64,000 nt of DNA from Dehalococcoidia bacterium (GCA_965197585.1 OZ240215.1:3232001-3296000); one strand, 5' to 3'. Counted from the first letter of the stretch, positions 37,748 to 48,147 are shown. The notes: a model not told the origin generated them from the sequence alone. Numbers and translations: made by a program.

Positions 37748-39249
37748 TACATTGCCCCGGTTATCTCGATCAATCTTTCATACATATCCAGCCAAGCCTC
37801 GTACTGTTCTTCCAGGACCGAGGCACGGGCCTCGTCTGGTGCGAAGATTTCGGTCTCGCCGACCATCGCCTTGGCTGATTCCGGTAGACTATTGTACGCC
37901 CCGGAGCCAACCGCCGCGCAGGCGGCTGCGCCCAAGAGTGTAGCGTCCCGCTCCCTTGGCACGATAATTTCGCGGTCCAGGGTGTCGGCGATGAGCTGAA
38001 TAAACCCCTCCACCTTGGCGACCCCACCCCCCAGAGCGATATCCACAGGCCGCTGCTCCGACACCTCCTCCAACTGCATGGCGTTGCCGCGAATGGCAAA
38101 GGCGAGGTTTTTCAGAGCCGCATCGGCCAACCCTTGTCGGGATATGCCTGTATGCCCGACAGGCGTGGGGAAGAGGATACCGCCCATCTGAATCCCGGTC
38201 CTTTTGGCGTCCATGATCCGCGGGCCAAGGAAGGCTAATGGCGTATAAGCGTTCGGAGAGTTCGGCCCTTCAGGGTTGGGACTCAGTCCATGCTCGGCCA
38301 AGCCCAGGGTCTCGGCGGCCCAGTCGAGGGAACGACCTGCCTCGGTCGTAGTGCTCTCCAGGACCCACTTATCCGGAACTATGTGCCTTCCGCTCCATGT
38401 TCGGCGTTCGGCATCCATGCGGGGGGTGTCGGTCACGAACTGCAGAGGGCCGCTCCAGCCGGCCAATATGCCCATCTCCCTATGCCTGGTGGCGCCCATT
38501 CCCAAAAGGCCGCACTGGGTATCCGGCCCGCCCGATATTACGGGAGTTCCACTGGCCAGACCGGTGTCATCTGCCGCGGAGGTGGTCACCTCTCCCGTTA
38601 GCGCTCCTGAGCAGTGGAGAGGAGGCATTAGGCCAAAATCGATGCCCAATAGTGTGAAAACCGAGTCCACAGGCTCGGCATCCGACACGGGCAGGAGCCC
38701 CACCTCCGTCACCGCTGAACGCTCCCCACTGATTTCTCCCGAAAGCCGGAACCTCACCCAATCCCCGATGGGAAGGATATGGGCGATCTTATCGGCTACG
38801 TCGGGTGCATTGGCTCGGAACCAGGCCAGCCTCGCTGGGGCGAATAGAAAAGATGGCGTGTGACCCGTCAGTCGGTACACTCGCTCCCCGAGATCTTCGT
38901 CGATAGCCATCCCCTCGAAGAAGGCGCGCACGTCCCTATTCGGGCCTGTGTACAGCTCCCTTTTGCTGCCGTCCAGCAATACAATGCCGCCGCGCTGACT
39001 GGTCGTAGACACCGCCGATATGTCGCTGCCCTTCAGACCGGCTTTGCTTAGGCACTCTTTAATGAGGTCGCAGGCCGAGACCCACGTCTCGCCGGGGTGG
39101 AACTCCAGGGCTATCTCTGAAAGGCCCGGAGGATTGAAGTAGGTCATCGGGGCCCGAGCCGCGGCAAGCTTGCGGCCCTCGTATGAGAATACGGCGCATT
39201 TGAGGCTGCTGGTTCCCAGGTCCAGCACGAGCACCGCCCGCTCAGCCAT
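37747..39249 (-). CDS. FGGY-family carbohydrate kinase (LsrK-like features)
   Basis: LDLGTSS, TTSQRGGIV, GGPDTQCG and ATLLGAA. Confidence 0.88.
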   Translation of the reverse strand: MAERAVLVLDLGTSSLKCAVFSYEGRKLAAARAPMTYFNPPGLSEIALEFHPGETWVSACDLIKECLSKAGLKGSDISAVSTTSQRGGIVLLDGSKRELYTGPNRDVRAFFEGMAIDEDLGERVYRLTGHTPSFLFAPARLAWFRANAPDVADKIAHILPIGDWVRFRLSGEISGERSAVTEVGLLPVSDAEPVDSVFTLLGIDFGLMPPLHCSGALTGEVTTSAADDTGLASGTPVISGGPDTQCGLLGMGATRHREMGILAGWSGPLQFVTDTPRMDAERRTWSGRHIVPDKWVLESTTTEAGRSLDWAAETLGLAEHGLSPNPEGPNSPNAYTPLAFLGPRIMDAKRTGIQMGGILFPTPVGHTGISRQGLADAALKNLAFAIRGNAMQLEEVSEQRPVDIALGGGVAKVEGFIQLIADTLDREIIVPRERDATLLGAAACAAVGSGAYNSLPESAKAMVGETEIFAPDEARASVLEEQYEAWLDMYERLIEITGAM

Positions 39250-40243
39250 CGTTTTGCCAAACAGAGGGGTTGACGATGTGCGCAGGTCGCAGGCCCTGCT
39301 GGAAGTGCTCCAGGGCCTCGGTCATCATTTGGGAGTGACGGGCGATTGTGCCGTCCGTAGCACCACCGACGTGAGGCGTTAATATAACGTTTTGATGAGC
39401 CAAAAGCGGATGATCGGGCGGGATCGGGGGACTTTCGTGGACGTCCAGCGCTGCCCCGGCTATTTCTCCTTTTTCAAGGGCCTCAAGGAGTGCGGTGGAG
39501 TCTACTGCTTGAGGTGTGGAGGTGTTAATCAGGTACGCGTTGGCCCTCATAAGTTGGAGAGCTCGCCGATCAATGAGACTAGGCGAGTCCGGGCTGGCGG
39601 GCAGATGGACGCTGACGAAATCGGAGCCGCTGAGCAGGGTGTCTAGATCAGTGAGGGACGCTCCGGCCCGAGCGGCGCGCTCGTTAGTGATATAGGGATC
39701 GGAGGCCAAGACCCTCATGCCGATGGCACAGGCAAGCCTCGCAACTTCTGAACCGATTGTCCCCAGCCCCACCAACCCCAGCGTCTTGCCCCTCAGCTCC
39801 ACCCCCCTCAGGTCCACGTACGGAGATACCGGGTCCACCCATTGCCCCCCCGACACGTATCCATGAGATGTAACAATCCTTCTACCCAGCGAAAACATGA
39901 GCCCTATGACCAACTCGGCGACGGCTGGGGCGTTCCTGCCTGGGGCATTTACTACTACTACACCGTATTCCGTGGCCGCATCCAGATCAATCTGGCCTGT
40001 GGCGTTGCGACAGGTTCCTACAAGCCGCAGGCCCGGTGCCCCTTCGAACGTCTCTTCCAGGACAAAGTCGGCCTCGACTATAAGAGCGTCGACTTGAGAA
40101 TTGTTTATGACCTCGGCCAGTTCTTCAGGGTCCTGCAACTCACGGGACTCGGTCCAAGGTCTGTAGGTCACCGTCATGCTGGAACGGAGCCGGTCCAGAC
40201 ACTCTTGCTCGAAGGGGGCCAGTATTAGTACGTGCATGATCAC
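39242..40243 (-). CDS. D-isomer-specific 2-hydroxyacid dehydrogenase (SerA-like, no ACT domain)
   Basis: NAPGRNAPAVAE, GLGTIG, AALDVHESPP and TPHVGG. Confidence 0.88.
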   Translation of the reverse strand: MIMHVLILAPFEQECLDRLRSSMTVTYRPWTESRELQDPEELAEVINNSQVDALIVEADFVLEETFEGAPGLRLVGTCRNATGQIDLDAATEYGVVVVNAPGRNAPAVAELVIGLMFSLGRRIVTSHGYVSGGQWVDPVSPYVDLRGVELRGKTLGLVGLGTIGSEVARLACAIGMRVLASDPYITNERAARAGASLTDLDTLLSGSDFVSVHLPASPDSPSLIDRRALQLMRANAYLINTSTPQAVDSTALLEALEKGEIAGAALDVHESPPIPPDHPLLAHQNVILTPHVGGATDGTIARHSQMMTEALEHFQQGLRPAHIVNPSVWQNDG

Positions 40244-40251
40244 TCAATGAG

Positions 40252-40863
40252 TCAATCGAATAAACGGATAATAGTTTCAATTGAATAAGCGGAAGAGTAG
40301 GCCAATAGCGAGGTCCTTATCAACCTGCCGGCGAAGGTGGCGATTAGAAATTTCACAACCCCGATCCTGACCGCACCGGCAGCGATGCCCGCAATGTCGA
40401 ACAGCGGATTTGGCAAAGCCGCCAGTACGAAAATGCCGAGCACACCCCAGCGTTTCACCAGCTTGCTGCTAAGAGCGGCCCACCGAGCCCAGCGCGACTC
40501 TTCGGCTTTGCCTTTGCCTGGCGTTATGGTCGATCCCGCCCTGCCGACCAGGTAGCCGCTGAGTTCGCCTATCGTCATGCCTGCGGCCCCAATCAAGGCT
40601 ACCAATAGCGGGTTCAGGACAGCCGCCGCAACCACAACCGCGATAAAACCGGGCGTCGGCAATATGATGGAGGCATTGGCCATCAGGGTTACCAGGAACA
40701 ACCCCGGATAACCGACTCGTTCGAAATACTCGCGATCGAAAGTGGGCTCTGGAATTAGCAGCAGGCCAAGTACACTGGCTGCAATGAGTAACAGAAATAT
40801 GGCCTGCCAACGGAAGACCAAACGGCGGATGCGACTGAGCAGCGGATCATCTGCCTTCATCAA
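40252..40863 (-). CDS. VTT/DedA-domain membrane protein
   Basis: GELSGYLVG and PNPLFDIAGIAAG. Confidence 0.85.
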   Translation of the reverse strand: MMKADDPLLSRIRRLVFRWQAIFLLLIAASVLGLLLIPEPTFDREYFERVGYPGLFLVTLMANASIILPTPGFIAVVVAAAVLNPLLVALIGAAGMTIGELSGYLVGRAGSTITPGKGKAEESRWARWAALSSKLVKRWGVLGIFVLAALPNPLFDIAGIAAGAVRIGVVKFLIATFAGRLIRTSLLAYSSAYSIETIIRLFD

Positions 40864-40896
40864 ACATCCGGCGCCTTTCTTGTCTCGCTGGAAGGG

Positions 40897-41580
40897 CTAA
40901 CTTTGCCTCCCGACCCACATATTCTTGGGCATGGGTAGCTTGTCACTAAGGCCCACCGACTCCACGAACCTTCTCGTACGCTCGGGGCCTTTCCAGGTTA
41001 GCACCGAGGCCAGGTCCTCAGGAGTGTCCACATCCACGTACAGGGAATCCAGCTCGATTATCCGGGTGGAGACATCCCTGGCCTCTGCCTCTTGCAAGTG
41101 CAAATCAAGGCTGTTTGGCCCGAACCGCGAGGGTATGGACGTGGGCGGTCTTCTGAACATGGCGTTGGTCCCCCCATCATGGGCAGGCGCTATTACGACA
41201 GACGGAACCCCGGCATCCACGGCAAGAATGGCCTCGATGTCTGAGGCCTCAACCTGGGGTATGTCCGATGGAATTACCAGCAGCCTATCGACACCGCGGC
41301 GGGCCAGGGTCTCCGCACCATAGTCCACAGCGGGGCCCTCTCCCCTGACATCCAGTGGCTCTTGAATGACCTCTATGCCATAGTTTGCGGCAATAGCGGC
41401 AGCGCCTGGGTCCCGAGTCACTATCACCAGGTATGAAATGCCAGATACACCACTCACCACTTCTATCACGTCCTCCAGCATCGCCAGAGAGAGGGCTATC
41501 TTGTCATCCTGCTTGAGAATATCCCCTAGGCGGGACATGGCAATGGAAAGCTCTTTGACAGGGATGAGGCAGGCGGTCAT
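40897..41580 (-). CDS. cofC: 2-phospho-L-lactate/PEP guanylyltransferase
   Basis: LIPVK, AMLEDV, SDIP, DGGTNA, FGPNS and DVDTPEDL. Confidence 0.92.
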   Translation of the reverse strand: MTACLIPVKELSIAMSRLGDILKQDDKIALSLAMLEDVIEVVSGVSGISYLVIVTRDPGAAAIAANYGIEVIQEPLDVRGEGPAVDYGAETLARRGVDRLLVIPSDIPQVEASDIEAILAVDAGVPSVVIAPAHDGGTNAMFRRPPTSIPSRFGPNSLDLHLQEAEARDVSTRIIELDSLYVDVDTPEDLASVLTWKGPERTRRFVESVGLSDKLPMPKNMWVGRQS

Positions 41581-42512
41581 GAGGACTCGATCCCCAAGGC
41601 CCGGAGGGCCGTTCGAGCAAGAGCCTTCTTCTTCTCAAGGGAGGACATTATCGTATCGGTGATGACAGTCTTCACGCCAAGGCCCCGCACCCAGTCCATG
41701 TCTTCGGCGTCGGCGTAGTCCATGATAAAGGAGCCGAGAAACGGCCTGTAAATCTCGGCGACTCCGTAGGCGCTCACATCGTGGCCCAGTGCATCCATCA
41801 TGTCTGCAGCAGGGCCCTTGATTGCCTTCCCCCCGACTATCGGACTTATGGCCGTGACCCGGGCCTGGGCGGCCGTTAATCGCTCCATGATGCTCTTTAC
41901 GGCCAGGATCGGGCCAATGCTGATTATAGGGTTGCTTGGGGCTATTACGATGCCGTCAGCGTTGTCGATAGCGTCAAGCACGCCATCCGCGGGCTCCGCG
42001 GATTCGATACCTGAAAACCGGATAGCCTCGACCCTGTCCATCGCCTGATTCTTCACCAGGTACTCCTGGAAGCCTGCATCCCCCTTTTCGGTGAAGACCC
42101 TGGTTTCAACCCTCTGATCGCTCATGGGCAGGAGCCGGCATTTGAGACCGAGGCTCCGGCTCACTTCAGATGTGATCTCGGAGAGCAAGCCTCCTTCCCT
42201 CATGCGCTGCGTACGGTGGATATGGAGGGCCAAGTCCTGGTCCCCCAGGTTGAACCATGTCTCCCTACCCAGACGCTTGAGGGCCGAAAGGCATTCCCAG
42301 GTCTCGTTCTTAAGCCCCCAGCCCCGGGCTTCATCTGCGAGGCCGGAAAGAGTGTAAGTGACAGTGTCCACGTCGGGAGAGATGTACAGGCCGTGGAGGA
42401 CCACGTCGTCCCCCGTGTTGATGATGACAGTGACCTCAGCGGGATCTACGACCTTGACGAGGCCCTGTAAAAACCTGGCGGCCCCCACCCCACCCGCGAG
42501 GACGGTGATCAC
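41577..42512 (-). CDS. cofD: 2-phospho-L-lactate transferase
   Basis: LAGGVGAARF, NTGDD, WFNLGDQD, PSNPIISI and KGPA. Confidence 0.95.
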   Translation of the reverse strand: MITVLAGGVGAARFLQGLVKVVDPAEVTVIINTGDDVVLHGLYISPDVDTVTYTLSGLADEARGWGLKNETWECLSALKRLGRETWFNLGDQDLALHIHRTQRMREGGLLSEITSEVSRSLGLKCRLLPMSDQRVETRVFTEKGDAGFQEYLVKNQAMDRVEAIRFSGIESAEPADGVLDAIDNADGIVIAPSNPIISIGPILAVKSIMERLTAAQARVTAISPIVGGKAIKGPAADMMDALGHDVSAYGVAEIYRPFLGSFIMDYADAEDMDWVRGLGVKTVITDTIMSSLEKKKALARTALRALGIESS

Positions 42513-42519
42513 TACAACG

Positions 42520-43872
42520 CTACCCTAGAACGTCCAGGGCAAGGGCTATCAGCATCTTGGTGCCCAGTGTCAGGCTTCGCACGTCAATCGACTCGTTCGT
42601 GCCGTGGACGTTGGCGAGATTGGCAGCGTCCTCGGGGTGCGATACCTGGAACCCGTAGGTCAATGTGCCCAGGGGACGCATGAAGCGGGAGTCCGTGAAT
42701 CCCGTGGTAAAAGTGGGTATCCACACCGCTTCCGACCCGTCCAGCGAGCGCTCGGTGGCGCTTCTCACTTTGACTGCAAACTCGGTGTTGTAAGGAGCCA
42801 TGCTCGGAATGGCCATGTAGTCGATATCGAATTCCACATCCGGGATGCCGTCCAGGATTTTCTCCACTTCGCCCCGCACGTACGCCTCATCCTGGTGATA
42901 CAGGGTGCGAACGTCGCAGGTAATCAGGCACTTGGCCGGGATGGAGTTGGACTTGATGCCACCTTCGATCATGGTAGACGAGATGGTCATTCGGGAGAGG
43001 CCCCTGATCCTGGAAGCCATCTGTGGGTCTCTCTCCGCGAGCTCTGTGGCCAGGCGATCGATGTTCTCCGCGGTGGGTTCTTCTTCTATGTCCAGGCTCC
43101 TCAAGTGGCCGAAGATTTCGGATGATACGTCGACCTCCGGTTTGTATTCGGCAATCCTATTCAGCACCTGGGCCGACTTGGTCAAGGCGTTGGTCCCCCT
43201 CCAGGGTGTGGAGGCGTGGGCCGGGACTCCGTTGACGGTGATGTGCACCTCCAAACGTCCCTTCTCCCCGATCCCGAACAGATAGGCGGGCGCTCCCTTG
43301 CGCTGGACTACGTCGCCGCCGCCCTCGTTGATGCAGTAGTCGGCTTTTAGCCGGTCGGGATGGTTCTCCGCGAGCCACCCCACCCCGAACCTCCCCCCCG
43401 CTTCTTCATCGGCGCAGGCTGCGAGAGTCAGATCGCCCTGAAGCTGCACCCCGGCCCTCTTCATGATGACCATTGCCATGGTCTGGCACGTCAGCAGCGC
43501 CTTGCAGTCCGAGGAACCGCGCCCGTATAGACGCGTCCCGATGATATCGGCGCTGAAGGGTGGGCAGATCCACTCGGACTCTGTCTCTACCGGCACCACG
43601 TCGGTATGGGCCATATAGATCATAGATTGGCCGCCGCCGGTGCCCTTGATCGTGGCAAAATAGTTGCCTCGACCCGGTGCCGACTCTATTGTCTCGCCGT
43701 GGATGCCCTCCTTGGCCAAGAGATCGCTCAAAAATTCGCAGGCCTTGGTCTCGTCTCCGGTTGGCATGAAGCCCGTGTTAACCGTTGGGATCCGTACCAG
43801 GTCCTGTTGGAGCCCGACTATTTCGTCATAGGACCGGTCTACCTGTTCGAAGAGTTCGGAAAGAGTGGGCAT
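42520..43872 (-). CDS. M20/M25/M40 metallo-hydrolase
   Basis: AHTDVVP, GRGSSDCK, DEEAGG, NEGG and HGTNE. Confidence 0.9.
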   Translation of the reverse strand: MPTLSELFEQVDRSYDEIVGLQQDLVRIPTVNTGFMPTGDETKACEFLSDLLAKEGIHGETIESAPGRGNYFATIKGTGGGQSMIYMAHTDVVPVETESEWICPPFSADIIGTRLYGRGSSDCKALLTCQTMAMVIMKRAGVQLQGDLTLAACADEEAGGRFGVGWLAENHPDRLKADYCINEGGGDVVQRKGAPAYLFGIGEKGRLEVHITVNGVPAHASTPWRGTNALTKSAQVLNRIAEYKPEVDVSSEIFGHLRSLDIEEEPTAENIDRLATELAERDPQMASRIRGLSRMTISSTMIEGGIKSNSIPAKCLITCDVRTLYHQDEAYVRGEVEKILDGIPDVEFDIDYMAIPSMAPYNTEFAVKVRSATERSLDGSEAVWIPTFTTGFTDSRFMRPLGTLTYGFQVSHPEDAANLANVHGTNESIDVRSLTLGTKMLIALALDVLG

Positions 43873-43881
43873 TGGGCCTCC

Positions 43882-44589
43882 TTACTGAGCAGGGAGATCG
43901 ATTGGAGGAGCGGGTTGAAGGTCTAAGGATACCCTCTTGCCGTGGAGGGCCTTGAGTTGCTCAAAATGAGCCTTGTATTCAGGTGTCAGGATGGAGTCCG
44001 TGGTCATGATGTAGGCGTCTTCGTTGTTGTCCAGATAGTAGCGCTTGCGGACGCCCACTTTTTTGAAACCATATTTGCCGTAAAGGGACTGGGCCCCGCG
44101 GTTGGAGACCCGGACTTCCAGTGTTATATAGCGTGAGCCCCACCCCATTGCGGTCTCTATTGCACGTATGAGGAGAGCCTCCCCGACCCCGTGTCGGCGG
44201 AAGGGCGTCCTAACCCCGACAGAGACGACATGGGCGTCGTCAACGACGTCCCAGAGCCCCAGGTATCCGAGAATATAATCGTCGTTGCCGGGGGCCGGTG
44301 TCCCGGGCAAGAGTCGGCGCAGGACACTGGCGGCACGAGAAAGCAAAGTGGGCGGGGCCGGATTTTCTGAGGTGACGTAAGGGATGTCCGACACGTCGTC
44401 CAGGGCCACGGCGACCAAATAGACGGCCAGCTTATTGTTGATTTCGCGGTTGAAAGATGTGGGAGGCCAGAGGGTTGGGAACGCGTCCTTCTCGACTTCA
44501 ACCAACTGCTGGGAATCCAGGCGCGAAATGTGCCTTATATGGAACCGGATCGGGATGAGGGACATAGCGTTGTCCGATGCACGGGACAA
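43882..44589 (-). CDS. rimI: Ribosomal-protein-alanine N-acetyltransferase (GNAT)
   Basis: FRRHGVG, TLEVRVSN, LYGKYGF and RKRYYLDNNEDAYIM; true start may be 44565. Confidence 0.88.
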   Translation of the reverse strand: MSRASDNAMSLIPIRFHIRHISRLDSQQLVEVEKDAFPTLWPPTSFNREINNKLAVYLVAVALDDVSDIPYVTSENPAPPTLLSRAASVLRRLLPGTPAPGNDDYILGYLGLWDVVDDAHVVSVGVRTPFRRHGVGEALLIRAIETAMGWGSRYITLEVRVSNRGAQSLYGKYGFKKVGVRKRYYLDNNEDAYIMTTDSILTPEYKAHFEQLKALHGKRVSLDLQPAPPIDLPAQ

Positions 44590-44710
44590 AGTGGCTTCAT
44601 TCTACCACAAGGCTGCACCGCTACCTTTTGGCCACCACTTTCGTTATATTAGTCGTAGGTTATCAGGCAGACAAATTCCCGGCGAACTCGAGGGCCCAAA
44701 GGGAAACCCG

Positions 44711-45256
44711 ATGCAGACCGAGCAACAGCTTATAGAAAGCGCTCAGGCAGGCAGCAACAGCGCCTTCGAGCAGATATACGAAGAATACTTCGACAGGATC
44801 TTTTCGTACATCGCTGCGCGCATCGGCAACCGGTTCGACGCGGAGGATCTGACTGAAGAGGTATTCCTGAAGGCCCTTAAATCGATAGGGTCTTTCAAGT
44901 GGCAGGGTATTTCCATAGGCGCATGGCTATTTCGGATAGCGCACAACATAACGGTAGACCACCTGAGGAAGATGTCCAAGAGGCAGACCATGCCTATAGA
45001 AGAGAGCCTATCCAGCAAGGGCCCCTCTCCCGAGGATAGAGCGTTGACGAATATCGCCGTGGAACGGGTCAAAAACGCCTTGAGCCGGTTGACCCAGGCT
45101 CAGCAGCAAGTGCTGAGCCTCAGGTTGGCATCAGGGGTCTCAGTGGCAGAGACCGCGAAGATTCTGGGTAAGTCGGAGGGGGCAATCAAAGCATCCCAGC
45201 ACAGCGCATTGGCCGCGATCAGAAGGATATTCGCCGCGGAGCATGGAGAATATTAG
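44711..45256 (+). CDS. ECF RNA polymerase sigma factor
   Basis: DAEDLTEEVFLKA, AWLFRIAHN and a region-4 HTH; ATG 44711. Confidence 0.92.
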   Translation: MQTEQQLIESAQAGSNSAFEQIYEEYFDRIFSYIAARIGNRFDAEDLTEEVFLKALKSIGSFKWQGISIGAWLFRIAHNITVDHLRKMSKRQTMPIEESLSSKGPSPEDRALTNIAVERVKNALSRLTQAQQQVLSLRLASGVSVAETAKILGKSEGAIKASQHSALAAIRRIFAAEHGEY

Positions 45257-46319
45257 CGAACTAGAACATATCCTGGACCTGTGCATTGATGCCCTGAACA
45301 GAGGGGGCTCAATTGAGCAGTGCCTCGCCCGTCACCCCGAATATGCTGACGAGCTTGAGCCACTGCTTATCACAGCACAGGAAATAATTGCTGTACCCCA
45401 ACCCCTCCCCAGCCCCGAGTTGAAGTCCGAGACGAAAAGGGCGCTCCATGTCTCACTCCCCAGTCCTGAAGAGCTGCGTCTCCAGTACGCCTTGGACCAC
45501 TGCATAGAACTCCTGATACAGGGCAAGAGCGTCGAGCATTGCCTTGAACTTTACCCCGAGTTCTCCGCTGGGCTTGAACCACTGCTGACCGTGGCCTCAA
45601 CTCTTCGTGAGGGTCTTAACGTCAAGGCAAGCCTCCGGTTCAAAGAAGAGGCGCGGCGTCGCGTATTGTCCCGGGTGGGGAAGGCAGGAATCACCAGATT
45701 GCTGCCTTGGGTGTCGTGGCCCAAGTGGGCTTATAGAGGCGCTTTGGCAGCGGCAGCGCTCCTGATAATGGTATCCGCCGGCCATCTCACTGTAAGTTCA
45801 TCTTCGGACAGCGCCCCCGGTGATTTTCTATATCCGGTCAAGGGACTCTCCGAATCCGTACAAATGAAACTGACCACGTCCAATGAGGGCGAGGCGAAGC
45901 TCCATGTGGAATTGGCCAGCCGTCGAGCCCAGGAATTGGCGGCGGCAGCTGTCGACGGGGACCAACAGATGGTAGAGGAGCTGCTCGTAAAACTTCAAGG
46001 TCACCTGGAAGAAGCCCCCCGCCTTATGGGTGAGAAACAGTTTCACGAAGCCTTGGAGCTTGTCCTACAGGGTGATGGAGATATGGACCATACACAGCTC
46101 CGGGAGTTGCTGGTCATGCTGGGCCAGGACATCAGGATGAATGATGCCCGACTCAAAGGGGCGATGGATGAGGTGCCCGACCACATGCACCCCGAACTCG
46201 AGACCGTCATTGCCCGGGTGCGGACCCACTACACCGAGACCATCGCCGCCCTGGAAGACAAACACTCCTCCGAAGATCTCGACTCTCTGAATGGCGTCAG
46301 GCTTACTTATCGCAAATAG
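45243..46319 (+). CDS. Putative anti-sigma factor (DUF5667-like) with duplicated N-terminal domain
   Basis: Overlaps the ECF stop; single TM; SAPGDFLYPVK...RRAQE; two copies of LD.CI...G.S.E.CL..(H/Y)PE....LEPLL. Confidence 0.8.
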   Translation: MENISELEHILDLCIDALNRGGSIEQCLARHPEYADELEPLLITAQEIIAVPQPLPSPELKSETKRALHVSLPSPEELRLQYALDHCIELLIQGKSVEHCLELYPEFSAGLEPLLTVASTLREGLNVKASLRFKEEARRRVLSRVGKAGITRLLPWVSWPKWAYRGALAAAALLIMVSAGHLTVSSSSDSAPGDFLYPVKGLSESVQMKLTTSNEGEAKLHVELASRRAQELAAAAVDGDQQMVEELLVKLQGHLEEAPRLMGEKQFHEALELVLQGDGDMDHTQLRELLVMLGQDIRMNDARLKGAMDEVPDHMHPELETVIARVRTHYTETIAALEDKHSSEDLDSLNGVRLTYRK

Positions 46320-46371
46320 CGCCTGCCTTGATGGTAGGGCTATTAGCTGGTAGGCTTGGCGTTTACCAGTT

Positions 46372-48135
46372 ATGAGACCTCTCCTCCGGCTTTCTGCCTT
46401 CCTCAGACCCTACAAGAAACACCTTGGGCTGACCTATTTTGCCCTGGTCATGTCCACCCTCCTCTCCCTGGCCGTGCCCCGGCTCCTGGGAGACTCCATA
46501 GACAAGATCCTTGAGAAGGACACTTTCAGTTTCCTTATCTTGCTGGGATCAGCGGTTATAGCCTTCGCCCTGGCGCGCTCCGTCTTTTCCTATCTCCAGA
46601 CCTACGTGGCGGAGTACATATCGCAGAAAGTGGCCTACGACCTGCGAGGCGCCATCTACGATCACCTCCAGCACCTGAGCTTCGCCTTCCACGATACCCA
46701 ACAAACGGGACACTTGATGTCCCGCGCCACTGCAGACGTGGAGGGTGTGCGGTGGTTCATCAGCCTGGGACTGGTGCGTTCCCTGCATCTGATAGTGCTC
46801 TTCGGAGGCATCAGCGGGCTTTTAATGGCGACTAACTGGAAGCTGGGACTCATTTCGTTGGGAGCCTTGCCCCTAGTCGCGGGCCGAGCCACCTTCGTCT
46901 CCCGGAGGCTGAGGGTCGTATGGCGGAACATCCAGGACATGAGGGGCCGGATGGGGGGTATGTTGCAGGAGAACCTCGCCGGGGCCCGAGTAGTAAGAGC
47001 CTTCTCCCGAGAAACGTTCGAAGGCCGGAAGTTTGGTGGGCACGCTGTTAGTCTCGCCGAAGAGAACGTTCTCGCTTCCCAGATCCAGGCTTCCAACGCA
47101 CCGCTGATGAACTTCATATTCGCGGTCATTACCATCGCAGTGCTGTGGGTCGGGGCCAGGGAGGTCATCGACGGACGTATGACGCCCGGGGAGCTCACCC
47201 AGTTCATCTTCTACCTGATGCTGCTGGCGTTCCCGGTCAGGATAGTGGGTTGGGTGATAACAATGTTCTCCAGGGCTGCCTCCTCCGGGGAGAGAATATT
47301 TGAAATCTTGGATTCCACATCGCCTGTTCAGGAAGCGCCCGATGCGAGGGAACTGACCGACGTTCAGGGCAGAGTCGAGTTCCGCGCCATGGGGTTCCAG
47401 TACGACTCCTCCGTGCCGACGCTGGACGGGATAGACCTGCACGTCGAGCCGGGGCAGGTTGTAGCCCTTCTCGGGGCAGCGGGGAGCGGGAAGACCACGT
47501 TGGTCCATCTGCTGCCCCGCTTTTACGATGTCACCGAGGGAGCAATCCTGATTGACGGCACGGACATCCGGGACCTGACGCTCGACTCCCTACGGCGGGA
47601 AGTTGGGATAGTCCAACAGGATGTGTTCTTATTCGGGGATACCGTGAGGAACAACATCGCCTACGGAACACCCGACGCGCCGCTGGAGGATGTAAAGAGG
47701 GCGGCCGAAGCTGCGCGGATAAGCGAGTTCATCGAGTCTCTCCCGAAGGGTTACGATGCCTGGGTGGGGGAGAGGGGAATCACCCTATCCGGGGGTCAGA
47801 AGCAGCGCATCTCGATTGCCAGGACGCTGCTCATGGACCCCAAGATACTTATTCTGGACGACTCCACTGCCAGCGTGGACACCGAGACCGAGATGCTGAT
47901 CCAAGAGGCCTTGAAAGTCCTGATCAAGGGCCGCACCACCTTCGTGATAGCCCAGAGGCTGAGCACGGTGCGGAACGCAGACCTGATCCTGGTGCTAAAG
48001 GACGGCAGGATCGCCGAGAGCGGTACCCACGCCGAACTGCTTGCCGCCGGCGGCATATACAGGGAGATCCACGACTTGCAGTTGAGGCCCCAGGCCTCCG
48101 GTGAGGGAGTGGTTGCCTCTCCCATAGAAGGCTAG
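46372..48135 (+). CDS. ABC exporter, TMD+NBD half (degenerate site)
   Basis: GAAGSGKTT, LSGGQ, Walker B LILDD and switch Q in IAQR. Confidence 0.93.
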   Translation: MRPLLRLSAFLRPYKKHLGLTYFALVMSTLLSLAVPRLLGDSIDKILEKDTFSFLILLGSAVIAFALARSVFSYLQTYVAEYISQKVAYDLRGAIYDHLQHLSFAFHDTQQTGHLMSRATADVEGVRWFISLGLVRSLHLIVLFGGISGLLMATNWKLGLISLGALPLVAGRATFVSRRLRVVWRNIQDMRGRMGGMLQENLAGARVVRAFSRETFEGRKFGGHAVSLAEENVLASQIQASNAPLMNFIFAVITIAVLWVGAREVIDGRMTPGELTQFIFYLMLLAFPVRIVGWVITMFSRAASSGERIFEILDSTSPVQEAPDARELTDVQGRVEFRAMGFQYDSSVPTLDGIDLHVEPGQVVALLGAAGSGKTTLVHLLPRFYDVTEGAILIDGTDIRDLTLDSLRREVGIVQQDVFLFGDTVRNNIAYGTPDAPLEDVKRAAEAARISEFIESLPKGYDAWVGERGITLSGGQKQRISIARTLLMDPKILILDDSTASVDTETEMLIQEALKVLIKGRTTFVIAQRLSTVRNADLILVLKDGRIAESGTHAELLAAGGIYREIHDLQLRPQASGEGVVASPIEG

Positions 48136-48147
48136 GCAGATTCGCTC

